From positions 1 through 55,427 of the forward strand of contig CAINXS010000052.1 of NCBI GenBank assembly GCA_903854995.1: 55,427 nucleotides of DNA. The letters run 5' to 3'. The DNA comes from Candidatus Moraniibacteriota bacterium. GTDB taxonomy: Bacteria; Patescibacteriota; Minisyncoccia; Moranbacterales; UBA1568. The notes beneath the pieces are model-generated. The model had not been told where the DNA came from, searched no databases, and was given only the letters and a program-made list of their open reading frames with translations. Made by a program: the position numbers and the translations under genes. Positions 32,557 through 42,163 of the stretch are shown here, piece by piece (within the stretch, counting starts at the first letter, position 1; each line of letters opens with the position of its first letter).

Positions 32557-33270
32557 TCACCTTCCAAGCACGTATCCGAGGAACAGTTTCCGTATCCTGC
32601 CGACTTCGGCGAGATCGGCGGCGCCGACACGAAGTTTGAGCACGGAACGAAGCCGGTTTCCCAGAAATAGACGGATAAGTTTCACCGCATTCTCACCGAC
32701 GGCGACCGATTCCCTTCCCGCATGCTCTTCCGAAACGATGCCGCCCGCCGCCGGACTGAAAAAACACCGACTTCCGCGACCGAGCGTGTTTCCGGAAACC
32801 GCGCATGTATCCGCCTCGATCCGGTATCCGAGCTCATCAAGAAACTTCACGAAAAACGCCTCGGTCAGAAGTGTCGTCGCAGCGCCGCCTCCGGCCACAC
32901 CGTCGAGAAGCGTCAGATATTCGTGAAGGAGCGAAAATAACGCCGGATCCGGTTGTTCGAGCCCGACAATCGAATCGAATTCCGCTGCCGCAGCAAGGGC
33001 GAGCGACAACGTCGCATACTCTGATCGGATACGCTGAAACGATTCCTCGGCGATCGCGCCGGCGACCCGCCCGTTTCCTTTCCCGCGAACGATCGTCACA
33101 TCCGAGAGGGTCAGGGTTTCGAGCGCCGCGGCGAGCTTCGCCTGCGATTTACGCACCCCGATCGCCTTGGCCTGCACTTTTCCCAGTTCCTTGGTATAGA
33201 ACGTGTAAAGCCGATCGGTCTCACCGACCTCCCGTTTCCTTAGCGTGATGGCGGTCAGGCGGAGTTCCAT
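32557..33270 (-). CDS. recO: DNA repair protein RecO
   Basis: GETDRLYTFYTKELGKVQAKAIGVRKSQAKL...LGYRI...CAVSG...FSPAAGG. Confidence 0.93.
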   Translation of the reverse strand: MELRLTAITLRKREVGETDRLYTFYTKELGKVQAKAIGVRKSQAKLAAALETLTLSDVTIVRGKGNGRVAGAIAEESFQRIRSEYATLSLALAAAAEFDSIVGLEQPDPALFSLLHEYLTLLDGVAGGGAATTLLTEAFFVKFLDELGYRIEADTCAVSGNTLGRGSRCFFSPAAGGIVSEEHAGRESVAVGENAVKLIRLFLGNRLRSVLKLRVGAADLAEVGRIRKLFLGYVLGR

Positions 33271-33276
33271 TTCGGG

Positions 33277-33312
33277 AAGAATGAGGAATAATGAATCAGG
33301 AATAATGAATGA
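33277..33312. repeat. GAAT heptamer arm immediately upstream of the recO start
   Basis: aagaatgaggaataatgaatcaggaataatgaatga. Confidence 0.85.
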
Positions 33313-33328
33313 GAAAGGCCCGACCAGG

Positions 33329-33868
33329 TCAAAGCAGCCCGAGAAAATCGAGCGCAAGGTACCCCATTTCGACATCGGTCAGCCTTCCCGAACGGAGATG
33401 TTCCCGGAATTCCGGAAGTGACATGAGCACGACTTCGAGTTCTTCGCCGTTGTCTTCTGGCTTCGGGTCGGCAACCTTCACACAACCAGTCGCTACGAAC
33501 GCATTTTTTTTGTAAGTCATGTATGCACCGGGAAACACCTTGGTGACATACTCGATCTTCCCGCGATACCCCGTCTCCTCCAGGAGTTCCCGCGCCATAC
33601 CCTCTTCGCGACTCTCCCCGTCCGCAACTCCTCCTCCCGGCATTTCCAGCAGCACTTCCCCTGGACCCGGACGGAACTGTCGGACCAGAATCACCTCCTT
33701 CGATTCGGTCAGCGCAAGACAACACACCGGGTCGTTGTCGGTACTCAGGTAGAAATCCGTTTCGGTCCCATGCGGAAGCCGGTACGTCCGTCGCTCGATT
33801 CCGCGGCCGTATTTCCGGAACACCTCTTCCCGGGAAAGCTCCTCCCATGGCTGGATAACGTCTTGCAT
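33329..33868 (-). CDS. Nudix hydrolase (ADP-ribose pyrophosphatase-like)
   Basis: VRQFR...EMPGGGVADGESREEGMARELLEETGY. Confidence 0.92.
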   Translation of the reverse strand: MQDVIQPWEELSREEVFRKYGRGIERRTYRLPHGTETDFYLSTDNDPVCCLALTESKEVILVRQFRPGPGEVLLEMPGGGVADGESREEGMARELLEETGYRGKIEYVTKVFPGAYMTYKKNAFVATGCVKVADPKPEDNGEELEVVLMSLPEFREHLRSGRLTDVEMGYLALDFLGLL

Positions 33869-33923
33869 ATATTCAATCGTTAGACTTTTCACAATTCATT
33901 TTTTCTCGCAGCCCGAGAAGGAA

Positions 33924-34032
33924 TTGTCGTCCCGAGCGTAGTCGAGGGACCTGCGATCGTTTACCGCAGATTCCTCGACTCGACACGGTCGTTCGCGAAT
34001 GACGCGCCTCGAAGACTTGCTCGGTATGACAA
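33924..34032. repeat. Palindromic repeat family A, copy 3
   Basis: TTGTCGTCCCGAGCGTAGTCGAGGGACCTGC...GCAGATTCCTCGACT...CTCGGTATGACAA. Confidence 0.85.
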
Positions 34033-34048
34033 ATGTGAATGGATTCAC

Positions 34049-37000
34049 CTATCGGTTCTTCTTGAGCGAGAACGCGAACGGTTCACCTTCGATGTCTGTC
34101 GTGTCGCGATAGTCGGCGTCCGCGATATCGCCGCGGACAATCTCCGTCGCGAGCGTCTCGCGCGCGATCTCGTCGCCGAAGCCGGAGAGATTCTCCGCCG
34201 TATCGCCGTCGAACACCTTCTCCTTGCCGAGGATACCGAGCGTAATCCGATCGCTCACCTCGAACCCAGCCTTCTTCCGTCCTTCCTGAATAGCGCGAAT
34301 GATTTCGCGCGCCTCGCCTTCGAGCTTGAGCGCTTCATCAATTTCCAAATCTAGACATACCATATCCGCTTCATCTCCCTTTATCCAGGCAATACATTTC
34401 CATCCTTGCTTCTCCGCTTCGATGTCGGTCAACAATCCGGTCCGCTCAACCGACTTTACGTTTAGTTCTTCACGTATAATTTCATCGTATACGTCCGACA
34501 ACCCATCGGTTATGACTATCTTTCGCAACGGCTGGCGGACTTTCATTCCTGAATCCGCCCTCATCTGAAGTCCGAGACTTACGATGACGCGGACGGCATG
34601 CATCTCCTTACCCAGCTTCTCATCAACCAATTTCTCCTTCACCTCCGGCCAGTCGGCAAGATGCACCGACTCCGGGATATTCCTGGATTCCGGGTCAACC
34701 GCGCATTCGCCGGTCAAAAGTCCGGAATGACAATTCATAAGGTTCCGATAGATTTCCTCAGCGACAAACGGCGTGAACGGCGCCATAAGTTTCGAAAGCG
34801 TGACGAGCACTTCGTACAGCGTCGCGTATGCATCGTCCTTGTCGCTATCGTTCTCATTTTTCCAGAAGCGTTTCCGGTTCCGGCGGATATACCAGTTCGA
34901 GAGATCGTCAACGAACGGCATGAAGAGACGCGTCGCCTTCTGCAGGTCATATGCCTCCATGGCCGCGTCGATATCGCGGATCAACACCTGCAATTCCGAA
35001 AGGATCCATCGGTCAAGGATATCGATCGATTGTTCACGATTCTTCTTCGGATCCCATCCATCGATCGAGGCGTACGTCGTGAAGAACAAATACGAGTTCC
35101 ACAACATTCGGAACAGGTTGCGCGTCGATTCCGACAGCTCGCGCTCCGAAAAGTTCAGGTTCTCCGCGGATACGATCGGCGAGGAAAGCAGATACAGTCG
35201 GAGTGCGTCCGATCCGTGCTTTTCCAAGACTTCCATCGGATCCGGATAGTTCTTCAGCTTCTTGGACATCTTCAGACCGTCCTCCGCGAGCACGATACCG
35301 TTCACGGTGACGTTCTTGTACGCGACACTGTCACGAAGTCCCGTCGCCATGACATGCAGGTAGTAGAACCAGGCGCGTGTCTGGTCGATGCCCTCGGCAA
35401 TGAAGTCGGCCGGGAACCGCGAATCGAACGATTCCTTCCCCTCGAACGGATAGTGCGCCTGCGCGTACGGCATCGACCCCGAGTCGAACCACGTATCGAG
35501 CACATCCGGAATCCGTCGCATGACGCCACCGCACTTTTCGCACGGCACGGTTATCGGATCGACGACGTGCTTATGTAAATCGGCGACGACCTGTCCACTC
35601 GCCTGTTCCAGTTCGGCGACCGATCCGAACACGCGCATCTCGCCACACTCACATTTCCAGATCGGCATGACGGACGCCCAGTACCGCTGCCGACTAATGG
35701 ACCAGTCGCGCGCACCCTCGAGCCACTTCCCGAATCGGCCGGCCCTCACGTGCTCCGGCGACCAATGGATATCCTTCGCGAGTCCGATCGCTCGTTCTTT
35801 CAGATCCGTCACCCGGATGAACCACGAACTCGTCGCGTAATTGAGGAGCGGTGTATCGCACCGCCAGCAGTGCGGGTAGCTGTGTTCGAACTTCTCCTTG
35901 GAAAACAGCAGGTTTTCTTTTGCGAGGTATCTGATTATTTGAATATCCGCATACTGCGGGTCATCTTTGTCCTTAACCTTGATACCTACCCACAGTGTAT
36001 CAGTGCTCTCTTTCGTATCAGTAAAAAGCCGATAAAGATCTTCATTATGATAGACAATATCTTCATTCAACCGCCCGTCGATACCTACATGCTGTACAAA
36101 AGGAAGGTTATATTTCTTCCCGAGCGCCATATCGTCCTCGCCGAATGCCGGCGCGATATGCACCACTCCCGTCCCGTCCTCGGTCGTCACGAAATCCGCC
36201 GCATAAATCTTGTATGCAGTTCCGTCTTCATCAAACTTTTCTCTTTCCTTTGCTCCTTCGAAAATTTTCTTTGACCTGTCACTAAGCCGTTGTCTGACTG
36301 CAAACTGAGGAGCGATCGATTCATTGGATCCCTGTTGTTTTAAGGACCTCGGCGTTTTCTTATCGGTAATTATATCTTTCAGATAACCAAACAGCGGCTT
36401 GTAAGATTTCGTTACAAGTTTTTCTCCTAAAAACTCGTCAATAACTCTCGGTTCAGAAGGCGGAACTTCATTAGGCCCTATTGCTTTTGCAGACGGAAAG
36501 AGCGTGTCTTTATTGCGCTCATAAATTGATTTGGCGAGTATGAAATACTCAGGTTGTCCCTTTGCATTATCATAACTTACTTTCACATACTCGATATCCT
36601 TCCCCATGGCCAAAGCAACGTTCCCAGGAAGCGTCCACGGAGTCGTCGTCCACGCAAGCACATAGGTACCCGGCTCGTCGACGAGTTCGAATTTCGCGAT
36701 GACCGAAAGGTCCTTCACATCCTTGTATCCCTCGCTCACTTCCTGCTGCGAAAGCGTCGTCTCGCATCGCGGGCAGATATGCATCGAGCGATAATCCTCG
36801 TAAACAAGCCCTTTGTCCCAAAGCTCCTTGAACACCCACCAGACCGACTCCATGTAGTCGCGGTCCATCGTCTTGTAAGCGTTCTCCATATCCGCCCAGC
36901 GGCCGAACCGGTGCATGACCTTCTTCCAATCCTCCGCATACTCGAGCACCTTGGACCGGCAGATGTCATTGAACTTCGCCACGCCGAGCTCCTCGATCTC

Positions 37001-37324
37001 CTTCTTGTGTCTGATGCCGAGCTCCTTTTCCGCGATGTTCTCGATCGGCAATCCGTGGCAGTCCCAGCCCCACTTCCGCTCGACCCGATACCCACGCATC
37101 GTGAAATAGCGCGGCACCGCATCCTTGATCGCGCTCGCCACGATATGCCCGTAATGTGGTGTCCCCGTCGCGAACGGAGGCCCGTCGAAAAACACGAAAT
37201 TACCCTTTGGCGCGGCCTTTTCGACGGACTTCCTAAAGATATCGTTCGCGTCCCAATACGCGAGGATTTCTTCCTCCATTTTCGGGAAATCGGATTTGGG
37301 GTCGATTTTTTTTAATGGGGTCAT
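34049..37324 (-). CDS. ileS: Isoleucine--tRNA ligase, type 2 (IleRS2)
   Basis: DGPPFATGTPHYGH, GWDCHGLP, WTTTPWT, KMSK and C-terminal EGEAREIIRAIQEGRK. Confidence 0.97.
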   Translation of the reverse strand: MTPLKKIDPKSDFPKMEEEILAYWDANDIFRKSVEKAAPKGNFVFFDGPPFATGTPHYGHIVASAIKDAVPRYFTMRGYRVERKWGWDCHGLPIENIAEKELGIRHKKEIEELGVAKFNDICRSKVLEYAEDWKKVMHRFGRWADMENAYKTMDRDYMESVWWVFKELWDKGLVYEDYRSMHICPRCETTLSQQEVSEGYKDVKDLSVIAKFELVDEPGTYVLAWTTTPWTLPGNVALAMGKDIEYVKVSYDNAKGQPEYFILAKSIYERNKDTLFPSAKAIGPNEVPPSEPRVIDEFLGEKLVTKSYKPLFGYLKDIITDKKTPRSLKQQGSNESIAPQFAVRQRLSDRSKKIFEGAKEREKFDEDGTAYKIYAADFVTTEDGTGVVHIAPAFGEDDMALGKKYNLPFVQHVGIDGRLNEDIVYHNEDLYRLFTDTKESTDTLWVGIKVKDKDDPQYADIQIIRYLAKENLLFSKEKFEHSYPHCWRCDTPLLNYATSSWFIRVTDLKERAIGLAKDIHWSPEHVRAGRFGKWLEGARDWSISRQRYWASVMPIWKCECGEMRVFGSVAELEQASGQVVADLHKHVVDPITVPCEKCGGVMRRIPDVLDTWFDSGSMPYAQAHYPFEGKESFDSRFPADFIAEGIDQTRAWFYYLHVMATGLRDSVAYKNVTVNGIVLAEDGLKMSKKLKNYPDPMEVLEKHGSDALRLYLLSSPIVSAENLNFSERELSESTRNLFRMLWNSYLFFTTYASIDGWDPKKNREQSIDILDRWILSELQVLIRDIDAAMEAYDLQKATRLFMPFVDDLSNWYIRRNRKRFWKNENDSDKDDAYATLYEVLVTLSKLMAPFTPFVAEEIYRNLMNCHSGLLTGECAVDPESRNIPESVHLADWPEVKEKLVDEKLGKEMHAVRVIVSLGLQMRADSGMKVRQPLRKIVITDGLSDVYDEIIREELNVKSVERTGLLTDIEAEKQGWKCIAWIKGDEADMVCLDLEIDEALKLEGEAREIIRAIQEGRKKAGFEVSDRITLGILGKEKVFDGDTAENLSGFGDEIARETLATEIVRGDIADADYRDTTDIEGEPFAFSLKKNR
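34684..34733. repeat. Half of palindromic family B in frame within ileS
   Basis: Reverse complement matches 15024-15073 at 46/50 nt; encodes CHSGLLTGECAVDPES. Confidence 0.9.
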
Positions 37325-37403
37325 ATGGATATATGGATATATTGTTGAATGGTTGAATGGAGAAACCGCCGAATGGCTACATTGCTCAACGGTCAATTGT
37401 CAA
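37322..37403. repeat. Octamer arm running into the ileS start codon
   Basis: atatggat atatggat atattgtt gaatggtt gaatgg...gaatggct acattgct caacggt caattgt. Confidence 0.85.
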
Positions 37404-37781
37404 TCAGACCTTCAGACGATCATTCGTATATTTTATCAGACTGTTGATTTCCTTCGGGAAAGAACTGAGGGCCATAAATGTCCGATCATAATCCTTTTGC
37501 TCAATCAGCTTCCTTCTCTTCGATTTCTCCAACCAATCCAATGACTCATATGAGGAAGCCCTCGCTATCCGATAAAAGAAGACTTTGTCTTTCTTCCCAT
37601 ATCGACCGAATCCCTCCGCAATATTGGCGGATATCGAATCAATAGCCCTCACGAACTGCGATCCGACCGTTTTTCGAGGAAAATCATCCCACTTTACGAC
37701 GATATCCCAAACTTCGTTCGAAAGTGAAAACGCGAGCCGATATGCGTTGATTTTGTTCAATGTCAGATATTCATCTCCCAT
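37404..37781 (-). CDS. Four-helix-bundle protein (23S rRNA IVP/bAvd-like family)
   Basis: TVGSQFVRAIDSISANIAEGFGRY...FYRIARASSYE signature. Confidence 0.92.
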   Translation of the reverse strand: MGDEYLTLNKINAYRLAFSLSNEVWDIVVKWDDFPRKTVGSQFVRAIDSISANIAEGFGRYGKKDKVFFYRIARASSYESLDWLEKSKRRKLIEQKDYDRTFMALSSFPKEINSLIKYTNDRLKV

Positions 37782-37794
37782 AACTCTTCTCCCC

Positions 37795-37830
37795 TAACAA
37801 TACAGCAATTCAACGGTATGACCATTAAAT
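37795..37830. repeat. Octamer arm inverted relative to 37322-37403
   Basis: taacaata cagcaatt caacggta tgaccatt. Confidence 0.7.
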
Positions 37831-37832
37831 AC

Positions 37833-38140
37833 AAAAATCCCTCCCTGAAAAACAGGGAAGGACGGAAAGACCGTGGTACCACCTTCGCTTCGCAAAACAC
37901 GATCCCCAATACACAGAAACCAAACGAGGATGCGCTCTGCCTTCATTCATGGCTATAACGGGCCTACCCGTCGGATTCTACCGCGCCAAGCCGAAGCGCT
38001 TCGCGAAGGCTGGCCACCTTCTCACGCATGACTGACGTTTCTTTCCGAGGCGCGTCCCGACCGTTCGGGACTCCGGAGTGATATCCACAGCCTGCATCGC
38101 TATCGAAAGCATTACGGGCAGGGCTCCATCGGCGCCTGTT
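37833..38140 (-). promoter_or_regulatory. T-box riboswitch leader for ileS
   Basis: Minus-strand AAGGTGGTACCACGG (within 37871-37886), terminator hairpin with U-tract (37833-37865), GCCCGTTA stem-IIA-like motif, and candidate specifier AUC at 37974-37976. The 5' limit is uncertain. Confidence 0.85.
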
Positions 38141-38142
38141 AC

Positions 38143-38622
38143 CTATTGTAAGAGAATGTCGCTGTTTCGGGAATAAAACCCCCATCCCGTGCGGATATCA
38201 TCCCGTAAACCGGGGATGAAGTCAAATCCCGAAAGCTCATCGATCGGCTGCCACCGACACTCGGAATGTTCATGATCGTCCAAAAGCGGTCCCGTCCCGT
38301 CATCAACATATTCATGCCAGATACAGACGAACTTGAGACCGGGGATCTTTTTCTGCGATAGGTTCGGCACGGCTATCTCATACGTCCCGAACGGAAACGC
38401 CCGGTCCACAGAAATACCGAACTCCTCGCGGATCTGCCGGATGACCGCCTCGTCGAAATTCTCACCGGCATTCACCTGACCGCCCCCACATTCCCACAGA
38501 CCCGGATAAAGCGACCGTTTCGCGCCCCGTTTCGCGATGAGCACCGAAACCCGGCCTTCCGACTCGCGAAAACAGATGCCCGCGACATGCGCCTCGATCA
38601 ATTCGCGGTGATCTTCCCTCAT
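38143..38622 (-). CDS. Nudix hydrolase
   Basis: PGLWECGGGQVNAGENFDEAVIRQIREEFG. Confidence 0.9.
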   Translation of the reverse strand: MREDHRELIEAHVAGICFRESEGRVSVLIAKRGAKRSLYPGLWECGGGQVNAGENFDEAVIRQIREEFGISVDRAFPFGTYEIAVPNLSQKKIPGLKFVCIWHEYVDDGTGPLLDDHEHSECRWQPIDELSGFDFIPGLRDDIRTGWGFYSRNSDILLQ

Positions 38623-38668
38623 AACAAGTACGAAAAACGACGGTTCGAAAGAGAATAGGCGACCGGCA

Positions 38669-38818
38669 TCAGAACATCGTGCTGAAAACCGATTCCGTCC
38701 AATGAGCGAGAGAGAAGATGTCCGCGACCGCAGCTATCAGAAACGCGGCAAGAATCGGAGTGACGAAATGGATCGCGAATACCGTCGCCTGTTCATCCTT
38801 CTTCAGTTCTCTGGCCAT
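38669..38818 (-). CDS. Small (49 aa) putative membrane protein
   Basis: Read manually: MARELKKDEQATVFAIHFVTPILAAFLIAAVADIFSLAHWTESVFSTMF. Confidence 0.5.
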   Translation of the reverse strand: MARELKKDEQATVFAIHFVTPILAAFLIAAVADIFSLAHWTESVFSTMF

Positions 38819-38912
38819 ACGTTTTTGTTTTGTTCCGACTTATGGATATTACGAAACGAGACAAAGAAAAACGGCGAACCCCCTCCCGTCCGGCGCTGAC
38901 TCCGGGATTCTA

Positions 38913-40526
38913 CTACATTTTTTCCGGAGCGGAAACCCCCACCAGTCGCAAGGTCTCGGCAAGCACGATCCGGACCGCTGAAACAAGCGAAAGTCTCGCC
39001 CTGGTAAGTTCCGGGTTCGTCTCGTCCATCACCCGGCAATCGGCATAGAAGGAATGCAGTCGGTCCGAAAGCCGGATCGCGTACTGTGGCAAACGATGGA
39101 CCGCTCCCGTTTCCGCGACTTCCGCACACAGTTCCGGAAAAGTCAGCAGCTCGCGAAACAGTATCCTCTCTTTCGGATGCGTCAGAAGCGAAAGATCCGC
39201 ATCTTCAAAAGACATCCCGGCTTCTTCGGCCTTTCTCAGGATGCTCGAGAGTCTCGCGTGCGCATACTGGACATAGAACACCGGGTTCTTCTCGGAGCGC
39301 TCCTCCGCCAATCCGAGATCGAAGTTCATGTGCGTATCGAGCGACAGCATCAGGAAGAAGAACCGCGCCACGTCATGCCCGACCAGATCGACGAGCTCGT
39401 CGATCGTGACCACGTTGCCCGCGCGTTTCGACATGCGGACCTCCTGACCATCCTTCACGAGCCGCACCAACTGGACGATGAAGACATCGAACCGCCCGGA
39501 AAATCCGAGTGCCTGTAATGCCGCCTTGAGCCGCGCCACATATCCGTGATGATCGGCACCGAGCGTAAGGACGATCCTGTCCGCCCCGCGCTCGATCTTC
39601 GAAAGGAAATAGCCGCAATCCGTCGCGAAGTACGCACGGCTCCCATCAGATTTCACCAAGACGCGATCCTTGTCGTCACCGAAGTCCGTCGTGCGAAGCC
39701 AAAGCGCTCCATCCTGTTCGTATGTCATCCCCTTTTCCCGGAGCACGTCGATCGCTTTCTCTGCCAGTCCTTTCTCGACGACGTCTTTCCGTTCGGATAC
39801 GTACGCATCGAACGCGATGCGCATCTTCTCGTCCACCGTCTTCTTGATATATTGCTTCAAAACGAAATCCGCGGCGGCGATTCCGACCTCGCGAACACGC
39901 CCGTCATCCGCGGACGGATCATCACCGACTGTCAATGCGGCGCGTATCTCATCGATGTATTCACCGCCGTATACCGACTGTTCATCCCGAAGGACGCTGT
40001 GCCCGAGTTTCAGTACCTGACCGCCGGCATCGTTCACGTAGTATTCGTTCGTCACGTCGTACCCCGCCTTGCGGAGGATCCGCGAGAGCGCGTCGCCATA
40101 AAATCCGCCACGCGCATTGCCGAGATGAAGCGGTCCCGTCGGATTCGCCGAAATGAATTCGTTGTTCACCGAAACACCCGCCCCTTTGTCGCTGTCCCCA
40201 TAGTGACCACCCTTCGCAAGGATATCGGCGACGACGGACGCGAGTGCGACTTGGGGAAGCGTGATATTGATATACCCCGGTGCCGCGATCTCTATCTTGC
40301 CATCCGCCGTGATTCCAAGACGTCCCACTATGAGTTCCGCCAATTCCATCGGCGGTTTTTTCGCACGCTTGGAAAGCGCGAGTGCCACATTCGTCGCATA
40401 CTCGCCATTCCGCTCGTCCCGGGTCCAATCGACACGGATTTCCGGCACATCAAAAGGGGGAAGGATGCCTTCCCCTTGCAGTTCCGCGATCGCATCGTGG
40501 AGCTTCCGTTCCCATTGGGTCTTCAT
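38913..40526 (-). CDS. argS: Arginine--tRNA ligase
   Basis: EFISANPTGPLHLGNARG, GADHHGY, MSKRAG and YVQYAHAR motifs. Confidence 0.97.
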   Translation of the reverse strand: MKTQWERKLHDAIAELQGEGILPPFDVPEIRVDWTRDERNGEYATNVALALSKRAKKPPMELAELIVGRLGITADGKIEIAAPGYINITLPQVALASVVADILAKGGHYGDSDKGAGVSVNNEFISANPTGPLHLGNARGGFYGDALSRILRKAGYDVTNEYYVNDAGGQVLKLGHSVLRDEQSVYGGEYIDEIRAALTVGDDPSADDGRVREVGIAAADFVLKQYIKKTVDEKMRIAFDAYVSERKDVVEKGLAEKAIDVLREKGMTYEQDGALWLRTTDFGDDKDRVLVKSDGSRAYFATDCGYFLSKIERGADRIVLTLGADHHGYVARLKAALQALGFSGRFDVFIVQLVRLVKDGQEVRMSKRAGNVVTIDELVDLVGHDVARFFFLMLSLDTHMNFDLGLAEERSEKNPVFYVQYAHARLSSILRKAEEAGMSFEDADLSLLTHPKERILFRELLTFPELCAEVAETGAVHRLPQYAIRLSDRLHSFYADCRVMDETNPELTRARLSLVSAVRIVLAETLRLVGVSAPEKM

Positions 40527-40564
40527 GCCCTCATAGTACGGGAAAACCGCTTCGTCGTGAAGAC

Positions 40565-40593
40565 TTGCTTTTTTCATATATTAGTGCTATAAT
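40565..40593 (+). promoter_or_regulatory. Sigma70-like promoter (extended -10), divergent from argS
   Basis: TTGCTT, 17-nt spacer ending in TGC, TATAAT. Confidence 0.55.
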
Positions 40594-40602
40594 ATCAACC
40601 AG

Positions 40603-40929
40603 TTGTTTAATAAAACTTATCGGGAGCCCCACTTGAAGTATAGTCTTCGCATTTGGGGGCAAAAGCTCCCGATAATCAGTCCTGCCATCAGGACCGCAAA
40701 AATGGCATGGCGCCGGATCGAGCTCACCGCTCAATCAGAACCGTCCGCCATCCAGAAAGCCGCGAAGGTGTCCGTCCTTTGCACAAAAATCATGTTGCGG
40801 AAAAAGGCGAAATACATAGCCCTTTTCAGCATTCCGTTCGTCGGAATCGTGACTTGCTCGATCGTACTGATCCGGGATTGCATTCTGGAAATACGGTCGG
40901 AAAAACACGGACATGGAGACGAGTTGTAA
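40603..40929 (+). CDS. Hypothetical protein
   Basis: 108-aa ORF with one hydrophobic segment, downstream of the promoter. Confidence 0.35.
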   Translation: MFNKTYREPHLKYSLRIWGQKLPIISPAIRTAKMAWRRIELTAQSEPSAIQKAAKVSVLCTKIMLRKKAKYIALFSIPFVGIVTCSIVLIRDCILEIRSEKHGHGDEL

Positions 40930-40992
40930 CCCAACCCGTCTCTTTCCCATTTTCGCCTTGTCTTAAGCATTGGAACGCGGTAGAGTGAAACC

Positions 40993-41439
40993 ATGAAAAC
41001 ACTCGCCGTAAACAGACGCGCCGGATTCGATTACGAGCTCATGGACCGCTATGAGGCCGGTTTGGAATTGACCGGAGCGGAGGTGAAATCGGTGAAAACG
41101 GGACATATAAGCCTCAAGGGAAGCTTCGTGACCGCCCACGGCGAGGAACTCTTCCTTACGAACTCCCTTATTCCACCGTACCCGCAGGCCCACAAGGAAA
41201 CCAGACACGATGATACCAGGTCGCGGAAGCTCCTGCTTCGACGGTCGGAAATCCGCTCCCTGATTGGAAAATCACGCGTCGAGGGCTTGACGTTGGTGCC
41301 AATCAGGGTGTACACTAAGAACCGACTCGTGAAGCTTGAATTCGCCGTCGGAAAGGGAAAAAGGCACATCGATAAGCGCGAGACAATAAAGAAGCGCGAG
41401 GCACGGAAAGACATAGGTCGCGCGATGCGGTCGAAATGA
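40993..41439 (+). CDS. smpB: SsrA-binding protein
   Basis: NRRAGFDY...EAGLELTGAEVKS...RKLLL...GKGKRHIDKRETIK. Confidence 0.98.
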   Translation: MKTLAVNRRAGFDYELMDRYEAGLELTGAEVKSVKTGHISLKGSFVTAHGEELFLTNSLIPPYPQAHKETRHDDTRSRKLLLRRSEIRSLIGKSRVEGLTLVPIRVYTKNRLVKLEFAVGKGKRHIDKRETIKKREARKDIGRAMRSK

Positions 41440-41595
41440 AGTTCCCATGACCAAGCATCCGATTCCCCTTCGGAAATCCGCGGCTTGGCACTTGGAATTT
41501 CAGTTCTGGACGTTTTCAAAATCCATTTTCGATTTTGAGATTTGTTTGGATATTGGAGTTTGTGTTTTGGTCATTCCATCGCTTCGCGATGGCAT

Positions 41596-41994
41596 GGGGT
41601 TGTCTAGTTTCGACAGCGTGCTCTTTCAGAACCGGCAAGCCGATGCGGGGAGTCATCGAAAAAAATCCCCACATATGATATCTGCCAACATCACACAGAA
41701 AGTGAAGGCAGCGTTCGCCTCGGCGTTCGCCCCGTCCTTCGCTTCCGTTCTCGCCTAACTTCGGTTTGCGGAACCATCGGACCCCCGACGCCTGATACGG
41801 GAATTCCGGTGCCATACCATCAGGCGGACCAACAAGGGTCTTTCTTCCCTTCACTCTGTTGGCCCGGCATGAAAGGAAGCCCTGGAAAGATTTTCGTCGA
41901 TCTTTCCGCTTTTCAGGGAACCAAAGGTCGACTACGCTTGTAGAAGGTTCTGGAAGGATTCGTCTGGACATGGGTGCGATTCCCATCAACTCCA
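41596..41994 (+). ncRNA. ssrA: tmRNA; tag reading frame ANITQKVKAAFASAFAPSFASVLA (41684-41758)
   Basis: 5' GGGGTTG..TTTCGAC, 3' T-arm CATGGGTGCGATTCCCATC plus CAACTCCA acceptor; adjacent to smpB. Confidence 0.93.
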
Positions 41995-41997
41995 CAG

Positions 41998-42163
41998 GAA
42001 GCTGCCGAAGCTTCGAAAGCTTCTGAAGCTGCAATAGCTTTCGGAGCCAAAGAAGACTATACGGCGTGATTTTTTTAATTTTTCATGACGCCATTGCGGT
42101 TCATGGAAATCCGAATGTAAGCTAAAGAAGCTTCAAAAGCTTCAGAAGCTCCCGAAGCTTGAA
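41998..42163. repeat. Two nonamer arrays with an AAGCT core
   Basis: gaagctgcc gaagcttcg aaagcttct gaagctgca (41998-42050) and gaagcttca aaagcttca gaagctccc gaagcttga (42119-42163). Confidence 0.85.

Noticed and set aside
37325..37396. N-terminal extensions in the ORF track (ileS, glyQS, P-type ATPase, recO, mutY, EamA, atpH)
   Set aside because: They run through repeats or neighbouring genes; downstream ATGs match the family N-termini.
41447..41758. 103-aa ORF after smpB as a protein gene
   Set aside because: It is the tmRNA tag frame extended upstream through repeats.
41994..42120. Island integrated at the tmRNA 3' end
   Set aside because: No integrase and no duplicated tmRNA end; infC follows within about 170 nt.
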